Of a DNA stretch of 64,000 nt, positions 14,166-28,012 are shown one piece after another; the first letter of the stretch is position 1, and each line of letters starts with the position of its first letter. This DNA is from Escherichia coli (GTDB taxonomy: Bacteria > Pseudomonadota > Gammaproteobacteria > Enterobacterales > Enterobacteriaceae). Made by a program: the position numbers and the translations under genes. The stretch lies in the NCBI RefSeq assembly GCF_003790525.1, contig NZ_CP033635.1; one strand, 5' to 3'. Below the pieces are notes generated by a model. The model had not been told where the DNA came from. It saw nothing but the letters and a program-made list of their open reading frames with translations, and did no database searches.

Positions 14166-15535
14166 TAGGCAGCTTAACCGCGCGCATCTTCGCCATCTTC
14201 TGGCTGACGCTGGCGCTGGTGTTGATGTTGGTTTTGATGTTACCCAAGCTCGATTCACGCCAGATGACCGAGCTTCTGGATAGCGAACAGCGTCAGGGTC
14301 TGATGATTGAGCAGCATGTCGAAGCGGAGCTGGCGAACGATCCGCCCAACGATTTAATGTGGTGGCGGCGTCTGTTCCGGGCGATTGATAAGTGGGCACC
14401 GCCAGGACAGCGTTTGTTATTGGTGACCACCGAAGGCCGCGTGATCGGCGCTGAACGCAGCGAAATGCAGATCATTCGTAACTTTATTGGTCAGGCCGAT
14501 AACGCCGATCATCCGCAGAAGAAAAAGTATGGCCGCGTGGAACTGGTCGGTCCGTTCTCCGTGCGTGATGGCGAAGATAATTACCAACTTTATCTGATTC
14601 GTCCGGCCAGCAGTTCTCAATCCGATTTCATTAACTTACTGTTTGACCGCCCGCTATTACTGCTGATTGTCACCATGTTGGTCAGTACGCCGCTGCTGTT
14701 GTGGTTGGCCTGGAGTCTGGCAAAACCGGCGCGTAAGCTGAAAAACGCTGCCGATGAAGTTGCCCAGGGAAACTTACGCCAGCACCCGGAACTTGAAGCG
14801 GGGCCACAGGAATTCCTTGCCGCTGGTGCCAGTTTTAACCAGATGGTCACCGCGCTGGAGCGCATGATGACCTCTCAGCAGCGTCTGCTTTCTGATATCT
14901 CTCACGAGCTGCGCACCCCGCTGACGCGTCTGCAACTGGGTACGGCGTTACTGCGCCGTCGTAGCGGTGAAAGCAAAGAACTGGAGCGTATTGAAACCGA
15001 AGCGCAACGTCTGGACAGCATGATTAACGACCTGTTGGTGATGTCACGTAATCAGCAGAAAAACGCACTGGTTAGCGAGACCATCAAAGCCAATCAGTTG
15101 TGGAGTGAAGTGCTGGATAACGCGGCGTTCGAAGCCGAGCAAATGGGCAAGTCGTTGACAGTTAACTTCCCGCCTGGGCCGTGGCCGCTGTACGGCAATC
15201 CGAACGCCCTGGAAAGTGCGCTGGAAAACATTGTTCGTAATGCCCTGCGTTATTCCCATACGAAGATTGAAGTGGGCTTTGCGGTAGATAAAGACGGTAT
15301 CACCATTACGGTGGACGACGATGGTCCTGGTGTTAGCCCGGAAGATCGCGAACAGATTTTCCGTCCGTTCTATCGTACCGATGAAGCACGCGATCGTGAA
15401 TCTGGCGGTACAGGTTTGGGGCTGGCGATTGTTGAAACCGCCATCCAGCAGCACCGTGGCTGGGTTAAAGCGGAAGACAGTCCGCTTGGCGGTTTACGGC
15501 TGGTGATTTGGTTGCCGCTGTATAAGCGGAGTTAA
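14162..15535 (+). CDS. cpxA: Envelope-stress sensor histidine kinase CpxA
   Basis: H-box SHELRTPLT, N/G boxes and two TM segments. Confidence 0.97.
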   Translation: MIGSLTARIFAIFWLTLALVLMLVLMLPKLDSRQMTELLDSEQRQGLMIEQHVEAELANDPPNDLMWWRRLFRAIDKWAPPGQRLLLVTTEGRVIGAERSEMQIIRNFIGQADNADHPQKKKYGRVELVGPFSVRDGEDNYQLYLIRPASSSQSDFINLLFDRPLLLLIVTMLVSTPLLLWLAWSLAKPARKLKNAADEVAQGNLRQHPELEAGPQEFLAAGASFNQMVTALERMMTSQQRLLSDISHELRTPLTRLQLGTALLRRRSGESKELERIETEAQRLDSMINDLLVMSRNQQKNALVSETIKANQLWSEVLDNAAFEAEQMGKSLTVNFPPGPWPLYGNPNALESALENIVRNALRYSHTKIEVGFAVDKDGITITVDDDGPGVSPEDREQIFRPFYRTDEARDRESGGTGLGLAIVETAIQQHRGWVKAEDSPLGGLRLVIWLPLYKRS

Positions 15536-15544
15536 ACTCCGCAT

Positions 15545-15630
15545 TGTAGGCAGGATAAGGCGTTTACGCCGCATCCGGCATTTGAGCAGGATGCCTGATG
15601 CGACGCTGATAGCGTCTTATCAGGCCTACA
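15545..15630. repeat. REP/BIME element (two inverted REPs)
   Basis: GCAGGATAAGGCGTTTACGCCGCATCCGGCA and GCCTGATGCGACGCT...CTTATCAGGCCTACA. Confidence 0.85.
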
Positions 15631-15639
15631 CTCCGGGGG

Positions 15640-16314
15640 TTATTTTCCCCACAACCGGCGGGAAAAATCTTCGATCTTGCCGCTCAGTCGGCGCTTTTGC
15701 ATCGTCCGCGTCCAGCTTTTCGATAACCCGGCGGCGGAGAGTAAACGGTGATACTGATCGTCATCAAACGGCATATGCCATGCGATGGCGGCAGCCTCCT
15801 GCACGGTCACATCACTGACACGGGAAACCAACTCCAGTGGCGCATCAGCAGATACCAACCCTGGTGCAATTACGCTATACAACCACCCCACTTTACCCGT
15901 GTTTTGCATCAACTGCGCTATGTCGCTGATATCAAAATGGTAATTGAGTTTATAGCAAGGCGAGCGCGGCTGGCTGACCTGAATTAATGCCTCTCCCCAG
16001 CGGAAAATATCGCCCATATAAACATTACTTTCCGTCAGACCGTCGGTTGAGAGATTTTCACCAAACGCAGGCGCAACAAACAACTCCGCCTGTTCCGGAA
16101 ATTCCCGCGCCCAGTAGAGATAGTGCTCACGAGGATAATGACAAAGCGCTCTGTCTGGCCCGCCGTGAACCATTTTCTCCGCCTGCTCGTCACCTTCCAG
16201 CCCCAGCTCCGTCAGCATCAACTCACCATCAACCTGGATTTTGGCAATTGCGCTGGGTTTGCCTTCGGGATAAGCCTGAATCTTGCCTGTGTATACATCA
16301 ACCGGATATCGCAT
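15640..16314 (-). CDS. yiiM: MOSC-domain protein YiiM (224 aa)
   Basis: MRYPVDVYTGKIQAYPEGKPSAIAK... with host synteny. Confidence 0.9.
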   Translation of the reverse strand: MRYPVDVYTGKIQAYPEGKPSAIAKIQVDGELMLTELGLEGDEQAEKMVHGGPDRALCHYPREHYLYWAREFPEQAELFVAPAFGENLSTDGLTESNVYMGDIFRWGEALIQVSQPRSPCYKLNYHFDISDIAQLMQNTGKVGWLYSVIAPGLVSADAPLELVSRVSDVTVQEAAAIAWHMPFDDDQYHRLLSAAGLSKSWTRTMQKRRLSGKIEDFSRRLWGK

Positions 16315-16462
16315 CTGTTCCCTCTCCACGAGAAATTTCCCCATTAGACCATATTTATTTTATGTCAGGCGTGCTGTTTTCGCGGTATGTATCCAGGCAG
16401 GAGCTCAATAGCAAACCGGACGAACGTTAGTTCATCCGGCTGTGGGGATTAAGGAAGCAGGT

Positions 16463-17446
16463 TTATTTCACCGTACCTAAAATTTCGATTTTCGCCGCTC
16501 TGGCTTTGACTTTACGTGACCAGATAGAGGTAAGAATTGGCACCAGAATCGAAGTCACAATGACCGCCGTCGCTACCAGCGAAGTTGCTGCCGGAGCCAT
16601 CGGTTTAAACGCAGGCACCATTTCTGCAATCAGCACAGGTGTCGCTACCGCGGCCCCTGCGGAACTGGAAGCGGCAATTCCGGCAGTGCCATCGCCACCG
16701 CCAATCAATTTATCAGCGATAATCAACGGAATACCGGTCACGATAATTACTGCCACACCCAACAGGATCCCCAGCAAACCTGTCTGGGCAATTACAGTCA
16801 AATCAATGGTATTGCCCAGCGCGAAGGCAAAGAATGGAATCAGCGTCTGCACCGCTTTGCTGAAAAATTCTCGTAATTCAGGGTCAAGGTTCCCAAGGGC
16901 AAAGCCCACCAGGAACGGTAATACTGCGCCGACGAAAACATGCGGTTCAAACGAGGCAATCCCGGCAGTGCCCAGAATAATCATCGTCATGAGCGGCCCG
17001 GACTCCAATGACATCAACACAAATGCCCCAGCTTCTTCTTTTGTGCCGTACTGCTGCATGATGGAAGCGTAAAGTCCGCCGTTGGTCATATCCATCGCCG
17101 CCACCAGCGCCAGCGTTGAAAGTCCGGCAAAGAATCCAACTTCAACACCATGTTCCGGAATAATGCGCGAGGCAATCGCCGCAACCACCCACGCGACGGC
17201 AATTTTTGTTACCACCAGCGTGCCGGATTTACGCAATACCGTTCCCGTCGCGCTTAATTTTATTGACGCCCCCATGCAAAAAAACCACACCGCCAGAATG
17301 GGCACCGTACCGGTAATCATCCCGTTGGTGAATGATCCAAAATATTTCCCCGCCCCCGGCGAGAAGGTGTGGCACAGTGCGCCAAGGAATAGCGGGACGA
17401 GCATCATCCCCCCCGGGATTTTCTCAATCGAGCGTTTTATCTGCAT
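16463..17446 (-). CDS. kdgT: 2-keto-3-deoxygluconate permease KdgT (327 aa)
   Basis: [23 protein letters not shown]..., polytopic membrane protein, host synteny. Confidence 0.9.
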
Positions 17447-17660
17447 TTCCATCACCTGTCGGCATATTTTTAAGGGCTGATGCGTCATTCCTCAACGGAG
17501 CATCAGTGTTGATGGAAACGAAGATAGACATTCATTTGATCAATAAAAGTGATCAAAACCACACCATTTGAAATACTGTTTTATTTTTATCGGATCATTG
17601 TTTTTATTTTGAAATTGATCACAAAAAAACCACCGCCGTTGGCGATGGTTCATTTTTTAA

Positions 17661-17692
17661 GCTGCAATGCGGCGTAAACGCCTCATTGCAGC
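17661..17692. terminator. Long hairpin downstream of sodA, a possible terminator
   Basis: GCTGCAATG (17661-17669) pairs with CATTGCAGC (17684-17692), with an inner GGCG/CGCC pairing. No clean T-run on the sodA strand. Confidence 0.4.
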
Positions 17693-17705
17693 AGGCAGCA
17701 AATGA

Positions 17706-18326
17706 TTATTTTTTCGCCGCGAAACGTGCCGCTGCTTCGTCCCAGTTCACCACGTTCCAGAACTCTTTGATGTAGTCCGGACGGCGGTTCTGGAATTTCA
17801 GGTAGTAAGCATGTTCCCACACATCCAGGCCCACAATCGGGAAGCCGGAAGCGCCAGAAATAGCTTCACCCATCAGCGGGGAGTCCTGGTTAGCAGTAGA
17901 AACCACCGCCAGTTTATCGCCTTTCAGCACCAGCCATGCCCAGCCGGAACCAAAGCGGGAAGCTGCCGCTTTCTCAAATTCTGCTTTGAAGTTATCAACG
18001 GAGCCGAAGTCACGTTCGATAGCCGCTTTCAGGTCACCCTGTAAGGTGGTGCCTTTTTTCAGACCTTTCCAGAACAGGCTGTGGTTAGCGTGACCGCCAG
18101 CGTTGTTGCGCAGTACGGTTTTCTTGTCTGCTGGCAGCTGGTCCAGTTTGGTGATCAGCTCTTCAACCGGCAGGTTAGCGAATTCTGGCAGGCTTTCCAG
18201 CGCCGCGTTGGCGTTGTTGACGTAGGTCTGATGGTGTTTGGTGTGGTGGATTTCCATGGTCTGCTTATCGAAGTGCGGTTCCAGGGCATCGTAAGCATAC
18301 GGCAGGGATGGCAGGGTATAGCTCAT
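17706..18326 (-). CDS. sodA: Mn superoxide dismutase SodA (206 aa)
   Basis: [20 protein letters not shown]... GGAG lies 7 nt upstream of ATG 18326. Confidence 0.97.
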   Translation of the reverse strand: MSYTLPSLPYAYDALEPHFDKQTMEIHHTKHHQTYVNNANAALESLPEFANLPVEELITKLDQLPADKKTVLRNNAGGHANHSLFWKGLKKGTTLQGDLKAAIERDFGSVDNFKAEFEKAAASRFGSGWAWLVLKGDKLAVVSTANQDSPLMGEAISGASGFPIVGLDVWEHAYYLKFQNRRPDYIKEFWNVVNWDEAAARFAAKK

Positions 18327-18610
18327 ATTCATCTCCAGTATTGTCGGGCGGCCGATTGTTAATGCCGCGTAAGCAGTTGGTTCATTATAGTTAATTAAAT
18401 GATATTGAAAATGATTATCAATGCCGTACTTTTCGTAAGGGTATGGTTTTGCAGGAAAATGCCCAAGATGTGAAGCAAATCACCCACTTAATGCCGTGAT
18501 TGCCAGTAAATCGGCAGCGGCGGCAACAGGCGAAAGGTTAATCGACAGCACGATTTTTACACTCATCTCGTCGGAGATGTGACGCGACGAAAAATGATGA
18601 GGATAAGAAG

Positions 18611-19645
18611 ATGAGTAACGCGATTACGATGGGGATATTTTGGCATTTGATCGGCGCGGCCAGTGCAGCCTGTTTTTACGCTCCGTTCAAAAAAGTAAAA
18701 AAATGGTCATGGGAAACCATGTGGTCAGTTGGTGGGATTGTTTCGTGGATTATTCTGCCGTGGGCCATCAGCGCCCTGTTACTGCCGAATTTCTGGGCGT
18801 ATTACAGCTCGTTTAGTCTCTCTACGCTGCTGCCTGTTTTTCTGTTCGGCGCTATGTGGGGGATCGGTAATATCAACTACGGCCTGACCATGCGTTATCT
18901 CGGCATGTCGATGGGAATTGGCATCGCCATTGGCATTACGTTGATTGTCGGTACGCTGATGACGCCAATTATCAACGGCAATTTCGATGTTCTGATTAAT
19001 ACCGAAGGCGGACGCATGACGTTGCTCGGCGTTCTGGTGGCGCTGATTGGCGTAGGGATTGTGACTCGCGCCGGGCAGTTGAAAGAGCGCAAGATGGGCA
19101 TTAAAGCCGAAGAGTTCAACCTGAAAAAAGGGCTGGTGCTGGCGGTGATGTGCGGCATTTTCTCTGCCGGGATGTCCTTTGCGATGAACGCCGCAAAACC
19201 GATGCATGAAGCCGCTGCTGCACTGGGCGTCGATCCACTGTATGTCGCTCTGCCAAGCTATGTTGTCATCATGGGAGGCGGCGCGATCATCAACCTCGGT
19301 TTCTGCTTCATTCGTCTGGCAAAAGTGAAGGATTTGTCGCTAAAAGCCGACTTTTCGCTGGCAAAACCGCTAATCATTCACAACGTGTTACTCTCGGCAC
19401 TGGGCGGTTTGATGTGGTATCTGCAATTCTTTTTCTATGCCTGGGGCCACGCCCGCATTCCGGCGCAGTATGACTACATCAGCTGGATGCTGCATATGAG
19501 CTTCTATGTATTGTGCGGCGGTATCGTCGGGCTGGTGCTGAAAGAGTGGAACAATGCAGGCCGCCGTCCGGTAACGGTGTTGAGCCTCGGTTGTGTGGTG
19601 ATTATTGTCGCCGCCAACATCGTCGGCATGGGCATGGCGAATTAA
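18611..19645 (+). CDS. rhaT: L-rhamnose:H+ symporter RhaT
   Basis: 344-aa polytopic protein with rha synteny. Confidence 0.95.
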   Translation: MSNAITMGIFWHLIGAASAACFYAPFKKVKKWSWETMWSVGGIVSWIILPWAISALLLPNFWAYYSSFSLSTLLPVFLFGAMWGIGNINYGLTMRYLGMSMGIGIAIGITLIVGTLMTPIINGNFDVLINTEGGRMTLLGVLVALIGVGIVTRAGQLKERKMGIKAEEFNLKKGLVLAVMCGIFSAGMSFAMNAAKPMHEAAAALGVDPLYVALPSYVVIMGGGAIINLGFCFIRLAKVKDLSLKADFSLAKPLIIHNVLLSALGGLMWYLQFFFYAWGHARIPAQYDYISWMLHMSFYVLCGGIVGLVLKEWNNAGRRPVTVLSLGCVVIIVAANIVGMGMAN

Positions 19646-20490
19646 TCTTTCTGCGAATTGAGATGACGCCACTGGCTGGGCGTCATCCCGGTTTCCCGGG
19701 TAAACACCACCGAAAAATAGTTACTATCTTCAAAGCCACATTCGGTTGAAATATCACTGATTAACAGGCGGCTATGCTGGAGAAGATATTGCGCATGACA
19801 CACTCTGACCTGCCGCAGATATTGATTGATGGTCATTCCAGTCTGCTGGCGAAATTGCTGACGCAAAACGCGCTCACTGCACGATGCCTCATCACAAAAC
19901 TCATCCAGCGCAAAGGGACTTTTCAGGCTGGCCGCCAGCCGGGTAATCAGCTTATCCAGCAACGTTTCGCTGGATGTTGGCGGCAACGAATCGCTGGTGT
20001 AACGATGGCGATTCAGCGACATCACCAACTGCCCGAACAGCAACTCTGCCATTTCGTTAGCAAACGGCACATGCTGACTACTTTCATGCTCAAGCTGACC
20101 GATAATCTGCCGCGCCTGTGCCATCCCCATGCTACCTAAGCGCCAGTGTGGTTGCCCTGCGCTGGCGCTAAATCCCGGAATCGCCCCCTGCCAGTCAAGA
20201 TTCAGCTTCAGCCGCTCCGGGCAATAAATAATATTCTGCAAAACCAGATCGTTAACGGAAGCGTAGGAGTGTTTATCGTCAGCATGAATGTAAAAGAGAT
20301 CGCCACGGGTAATGCGATAAGGGCGATCGTTGAGTACATGCAGACCATTACCGCGCCAGACAATTACCAGCTCACAAAAATCATGTGTATGTTCAGCAAA
20401 GACATCTTGCGGATAACGGTCAGCCACAGCGACTGCCTGCTGGTCGCTGGCAAAAAAATCATCTTTGAGAAGTTTTAACTGATGCGCCAC
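19642..20490 (-). CDS. rhaR: AraC-family activator RhaR (282 aa, GTG start)
   Basis: (V)[17 protein letters not shown]... corresponds to the known N-terminus. GTG at 20490-20488. The longer 351-aa ORF runs into rhaS. Confidence 0.85.
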   Translation of the reverse strand: MAHQLKLLKDDFFASDQQAVAVADRYPQDVFAEHTHDFCELVIVWRGNGLHVLNDRPYRITRGDLFYIHADDKHSYASVNDLVLQNIIYCPERLKLNLDWQGAIPGFSASAGQPHWRLGSMGMAQARQIIGQLEHESSQHVPFANEMAELLFGQLVMSLNRHRYTSDSLPPTSSETLLDKLITRLAASLKSPFALDEFCDEASCSERVLRQQFRQQTGMTINQYLRQVRVCHAQYLLQHSRLLISDISTECGFEDSNYFSVVFTRETGMTPSQWRHLNSQKD

Positions 20491-20563
20491 CGTGGCTACC
20501 TCGGTCAGAGAACGAAGTTGATTATTCGCAATATGGCGTACAAATACGTTGAGAAGATTCGCG

Positions 20564-21400
20564 TTATTGCAGAAAGCCATCCCGTCCCTGACGAATATCA
20601 CGCGGTGACCAGTTAAACTCTCGGCGAAAAAGCGTCGAAAAGTGGTTACTGTCGCTAAATCCGCAGCGATAGGCGATGTCAGTAACGCTGGCCTCACTGT
20701 GGCGTAGCAGATGTCGGGCCTTCATCAGTCGCAGGCGGTTCAGGTAACGCTGAGGCGTCAGTCCCGTTTGCTGCTTAAGCTGCCGATGTAGCGTACGCAG
20801 CGAAAGAGAAAATTGATCCGCCACGGCATCCCAATTCACCTCATCGGCAAAATGGTCCTCCAGCCAGGCCAGAAGCAAGTTGAGACGTGACGCGCTGTTT
20901 TCCAGGTTCTCCTGCAAACTGCTTTTACGCAGCAAGAGCAGTAATTGCATAAATAAGATCTCGCGACTGGCGGTCGAGGGTAAATCATTTTCCTCTTCCT
21001 GCTGTTCCATCTGTGCAACCAGCTGTCGCACCTGCTGCAACACGCTGTGGTTAACGCGCCAGTGAGACGGATACTGCCCATCCTGCTCTTGTGGCAGCAA
21101 CTGATTCAGCCCGGCGAGAAACTGAAATCGATCCGGCGAGCGATACAGCACATTGGTCAGACACAGATTATCGGTATGTTCATACAGATGCCGATCATGA
21201 TCGCGTACGAAACAGACCGTCCCCCCGGTGATGGTATAGGGCTGCCCATTAAACACATGAATACCCGTGCCATGTTCGACAATCACAATTTCATGAAAAT
21301 CATGATGATGTTCAGGAAAATCCGCCTGCGGGAGCCGGGGTTCTATCGCCACGGACGCGTTACCAGACGGAAAAAAATCCACACTATGTAATACGGTCAT
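20564..21400 (-). CDS. rhaS: AraC-family activator RhaS
   Basis: [25 protein letters not shown]..., 278 aa. Confidence 0.95.
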   Translation of the reverse strand: MTVLHSVDFFPSGNASVAIEPRLPQADFPEHHHDFHEIVIVEHGTGIHVFNGQPYTITGGTVCFVRDHDRHLYEHTDNLCLTNVLYRSPDRFQFLAGLNQLLPQEQDGQYPSHWRVNHSVLQQVRQLVAQMEQQEEENDLPSTASREILFMQLLLLLRKSSLQENLENSASRLNLLLAWLEDHFADEVNWDAVADQFSLSLRTLHRQLKQQTGLTPQRYLNRLRLMKARHLLRHSEASVTDIAYRCGFSDSNHFSTLFRREFNWSPRDIRQGRDGFLQ

Positions 21401-24413
<3,013 letters not shown>

Positions 24414-24416
24414 ACA

Positions 24417-24453
24417 CTGCCGGATGCGGCGCGAGCGCCTTATCCGGCCTACG
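24417..24453. repeat. REP element between rhaA and rhaD
   Basis: CTGCCGGATGCGGCGCGAGCGCCTTATCCGGCCTAC. Confidence 0.85.
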
Positions 24454-24495
24454 GGTCGTGCATCCGACAACACCGAATTTACAGGAACACAGAAC

Positions 24496-25320
24496 ATGCA
24501 AAACATTACCCAGTCCTGGTTTGTCCAGGGAATGATCAAAGCCACCACCGACGCCTGGCTGAAAGGCTGGGACGAGCGCAATGGTGGTAACCTGACGCTG
24601 CGCCTGGATGACGCCGATATCGCACCGTATCACGACAACTTTCATGCACAACCGCGCTATATCCCGCTCAGCCAGCCCATGCCTTTACTGGCAAATACAC
24701 CGTTTATTGTCACCGGCTCCGGCAAATTCTTCCGTAACGTCCAGCTTGATCCTGCGGCTAACTTAGGCGTCGTAAAAGTCGACAGCGACGGCGCGGGCTA
24801 CCATATTCTCTGGGGGTTAACCAACGAAGCCGTCCCGACATCCGAACTTCCGGCGCACTTCCTCTCTCATTGCGAACGCATTAAAGCCACCAACGGTAAA
24901 GATCGGGTGATCATGCACTGCCATGCCACCAACCTGATCGCCCTTACCTACGTATTGGAAAACGACACCGCGGTCTTCACTCGCCAGCTTTGGGAAGGCA
25001 GCACCGAGTGTCTGGTAGTGTTCCCGGATGGCGTCGGCATTTTGCCGTGGATGGTGCCCGGCACCGACGAAATCGGCCAGGCGACCGCACAGGAAATGCA
25101 AAAACATTCGCTGGTGTTGTGGCCCTTCCACGGCGTCTTCGGCAGCGGTCCGACACTGGATGAAACATTCGGTTTAATCGACACCGCAGAAAAATCAGCA
25201 CAAGTATTAGTGAAGGTTTATTCGATGGGCGGCATGAAACAGACCATCAGTCGTGAAGAGCTGATAGCACTCGGCCAGCGTTTCGGCGTTACACCACTTG
25301 CCAGTGCGCTGGCGCTGTAA
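24496..25320 (+). CDS. rhaD: Rhamnulose-1-phosphate aldolase RhaD (274 aa)
   Basis: [25 protein letters not shown]... The upstream part of the ORF is REP sequence. Confidence 0.95.
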   Translation: MQNITQSWFVQGMIKATTDAWLKGWDERNGGNLTLRLDDADIAPYHDNFHAQPRYIPLSQPMPLLANTPFIVTGSGKFFRNVQLDPAANLGVVKVDSDGAGYHILWGLTNEAVPTSELPAHFLSHCERIKATNGKDRVIMHCHATNLIALTYVLENDTAVFTRQLWEGSTECLVVFPDGVGILPWMVPGTDEIGQATAQEMQKHSLVLWPFHGVFGSGPTLDETFGLIDTAEKSAQVLVKVYSMGGMKQTISREELIALGQRFGVTPLASALAL

Positions 25321-25329
25321 GGAGCAAAT

Positions 25330-25644
25330 ATGATCCGCAAAGCCTTTGTCATGCAGGTTAACCCCGACGCCCACGAAGAGTATCAGCGTCGGCATAATCC
25401 AATCTGGCCGGAACTGGAAGCAGTGTTGAAATCTCACGGTGCGCATAACTACGCCATTTACCTCGACAAAGCGCGTAATCTGCTGTTTGCCACGGTAGAG
25501 ATTGAATCTGAAGAACGGTGGAATGCGGTAGCCAGTACTGATGTTTGCCAACGTTGGTGGAAGTATATGACCGACGTTATGCCAGCTAACCCGGATAACA
25601 GCCCAGTCAGTAGCGAGCTGCAAGAAGTGTTTTACCTGCCTTAA
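25330..25644 (+). CDS. rhaM: L-rhamnose mutarotase RhaM
   Basis: 104 aa, [30 protein letters not shown]. Confidence 0.93.
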
Positions 25645-25684
25645 TGAGTTGCGGTGCCGGAAAATATCCAGCACCGCGCCTTCA

Positions 25685-27079
25685 TCAGAAGAAGTATTTA
25701 AAGCGAACGCGTGCGCCGTAACGGTCATCAGTATCATCACCGTGTTTTTTATCACCGTCGCTATCCAGAATGGAGTAATACGTCCCGAGGTAAATATTAA
25801 AGTTCTCCATATCCATCACATTAGCGAACTGATAAGACGCATGAATGGTGTGAATGGTGTACGTCCCTTCATCATCAATCCAGCAGTCGTTATCACAAAC
25901 TACACCGCTGAATTCATCAATCTTATTGTGCGCGTAGATATAACCCAGCTCGAAACGTTTCCACAGCGCGTTAATCCCGGCAGTGAAATCTTTCTCATTA
26001 TTAGCATCTAAATAGGCGGTATTAAGATTAACCACGACGCCATTTTCCGGATCCGTTTTCAGGCCATTCCAGGTCATGCTCATACCATAGCCGGTACGAT
26101 CGGACTGATCGACAAAATTACCCTTGCTATCGGTATAACCATAAGCATTATTTACTACGTTCGCTTCCATCGCTGCGGAAACGGTGAATTCTTCCGTCGG
26201 CGACCAGGCAATTACCGGACGCAGATAAGCAACATTTTTCTGCTGCTCCATATCGCGTCCATGATAATTACCGTCATTATATAAAGATGTTCCGTCTTCA
26301 AGTAACGTGTTTAACTCAAAATACCAGTTATCAAGTTGTTTGCTGACGAGGAAATTACCGCCAGCGTTAGAGCGCCCGCGGCCCTCTTTCATCATATAGA
26401 TATAACCGCTGCCATCGTCATAAAGATCGTTCGCAGTATTACCGGAATGTTCAACAAAGGTATCCTGATTCAGCGGGAACATATCGTAGGCTTCAAAACG
26501 GCCGACTTTGACCTTCCAGTCATTCTCTTTCCCAAAGAAGAATACCGCATCATCGATATTTACTGAACCGTGCATGTCCCCCAGCGGTTGTGCGGAGAAC
26601 CCGGCGAAATAGCCATTATCCAGTTTTCGCATACCATCAAAACCTAACAAAATACGACCATTGAGATTCCACTGTTCATTAGTGGGATCGCTATTCACAT
26701 CAGCGTTGGTCATTGCCAGCAGGCCATGATTACTTTCTGCATCCATATTAAATTCTACGTCGCCGTAGATTTTTAAATCGCCATAACCTGAGAGCAAAAG
26801 ATTAGGTGAGGTGGAGTTTTTCTTTGCAGATTCCGCCGTTGCCTGTCCATTTACCGGCGTATTGCCCTGGGCAGCCTTAATTTCGCGGATCTCAGCGGCT
26901 TGTTGTGTCTGCAGCTGTTTAACCTGGCTCTCTGCTTTTGCTGCCCGCATTTCTGCCGCTTCCAGGCGTTCTTCCAGCAATGCCATGCGTTGTTCCAGCG
27001 TTAAATGCTGTGTTTTTGCCATTCCGGTACTACATGCCAATAATAAACCGATGGCTAAAGATAATGTCGATTTTTTCAT
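25685..27079 (-). CDS. Outer-membrane sugar-porin-like protein with an N-terminal coiled coil (464 aa)
   Basis: Signal peptide MKKSTLSLAIGLLLACSTGMA, then a heptad-like region (LEQRMALLEERLEAAEMRAAKAESQVKQLQ). The body is aromatic/Gly-rich with beta-strand character and ends ...RVRFKYFF (terminal Phe). The architecture resembles ScrY/OprB-type carbohydrate porins. Confidence 0.6.
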   Translation of the reverse strand: MKKSTLSLAIGLLLACSTGMAKTQHLTLEQRMALLEERLEAAEMRAAKAESQVKQLQTQQAAEIREIKAAQGNTPVNGQATAESAKKNSTSPNLLLSGYGDLKIYGDVEFNMDAESNHGLLAMTNADVNSDPTNEQWNLNGRILLGFDGMRKLDNGYFAGFSAQPLGDMHGSVNIDDAVFFFGKENDWKVKVGRFEAYDMFPLNQDTFVEHSGNTANDLYDDGSGYIYMMKEGRGRSNAGGNFLVSKQLDNWYFELNTLLEDGTSLYNDGNYHGRDMEQQKNVAYLRPVIAWSPTEEFTVSAAMEANVVNNAYGYTDSKGNFVDQSDRTGYGMSMTWNGLKTDPENGVVVNLNTAYLDANNEKDFTAGINALWKRFELGYIYAHNKIDEFSGVVCDNDCWIDDEGTYTIHTIHASYQFANVMDMENFNIYLGTYYSILDSDGDKKHGDDTDDRYGARVRFKYFF

Positions 27080-27555
27080 TATTTACGTTCCCTGAAATAA
27101 AAGAGACCCTACGCTTTCCAAAAGGAATACGTATATAGAGAAATATAAGGTGTGCACTTTCGAATTTTTAATCCAACTTCAGCAGGCCGATGGATAGTAT
27201 CCCGCTGCATAATATGAGTAAATCCGCTGATTTCCTGGAACGTGAGGAATATAACAATAGTGCCTTTTTTAACCAAATATCGTAAAAAATATTAGATATA
27301 ATTCACGCTGACTCATAAGCCACAAATATAAATAACCTTGCTGCAAAACATGTGCGACAGTTAAACATTCACAACATCATTAAATAATGATTTTTTATTC
27401 ACTGAATTTATTTTTCCCATCAATATGTGCCTTACACCACAAAATTTATCCTTCACTCTGCCTTATATTGTCACGACTTCACGACATATCCGCGCTCATC
27501 ACAAAACCGCCCCGCCGTTACAATTAACTATAATATTTTTTCATGGAGTCCAATA

Positions 27556-28002
27556 ATGGCAGCACTTACTGCAAGCTGTATTGACCTGAATATTCAGGGC
27601 AATGGCGCTTATTCCGTTCTGAAGCAGTTGGCGACAATGGCGTTACAAAACGGTTTTATCACCGACTCACACCAGTTCCTGCAAACCCTGCTGCTGCGCG
27701 AAAAAATGCACTCCACGGGATTTGGTTCCGGCATCGCCGTGCCGCACGGTAAAAGCGCCTGCGTTAAACAACCGTTCGTGTTATTCGCCCGCAAAACGCA
27801 GGCCATTGACTGGCAGGCCAGCGATGGCGAAGACGTCAATTGCTGGATCTGCCTCGGCGTGCCACAAAGTGGCGAAGAGGAACAGGTCAAAATCATCGGC
27901 ACGCTGTGCCGCAAAATTATCCACCAGGATTTTATCAACCAACTGCGACAGGGCGACGCCGACCAGGTACTTGCTTTGTTAAATCAAACCCTCAGCTCAT
28001 AA
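27556..28002 (+). CDS. frvA: PTS EIIA component FrvA (148 aa)
   Basis: MAALTASCIDLNIQG...GIAVPHGKS (EIIA-Fru type). GGAG at 27545-27548. Confidence 0.9.
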   Translation: MAALTASCIDLNIQGNGAYSVLKQLATMALQNGFITDSHQFLQTLLLREKMHSTGFGSGIAVPHGKSACVKQPFVLFARKTQAIDWQASDGEDVNCWICLGVPQSGEEEQVKIIGTLCRKIIHQDFINQLRQGDADQVLALLNQTLSS

Positions 28003-28012
28003 GGAAGTGGCG

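Noticed and set aside
15545-15630. Repeated palindromic units here and at 24417, 44766 and 63337 (checked as a possible CRISPR or novel repeat family)
   Set aside because: These are classic REP/BIME sequences (GCCGGATGCGGCG...CTTATCCGGCCTAC). They are dispersed singly or in pairs with no regular spacers.
19642-20697. 351-aa rhaR ORF overlapping 134 nt of rhaS
   Set aside because: The known RhaR N-terminus ([12 protein letters not shown]) begins at a GTG at 20490. The upstream extension is just open frame running into rhaS.
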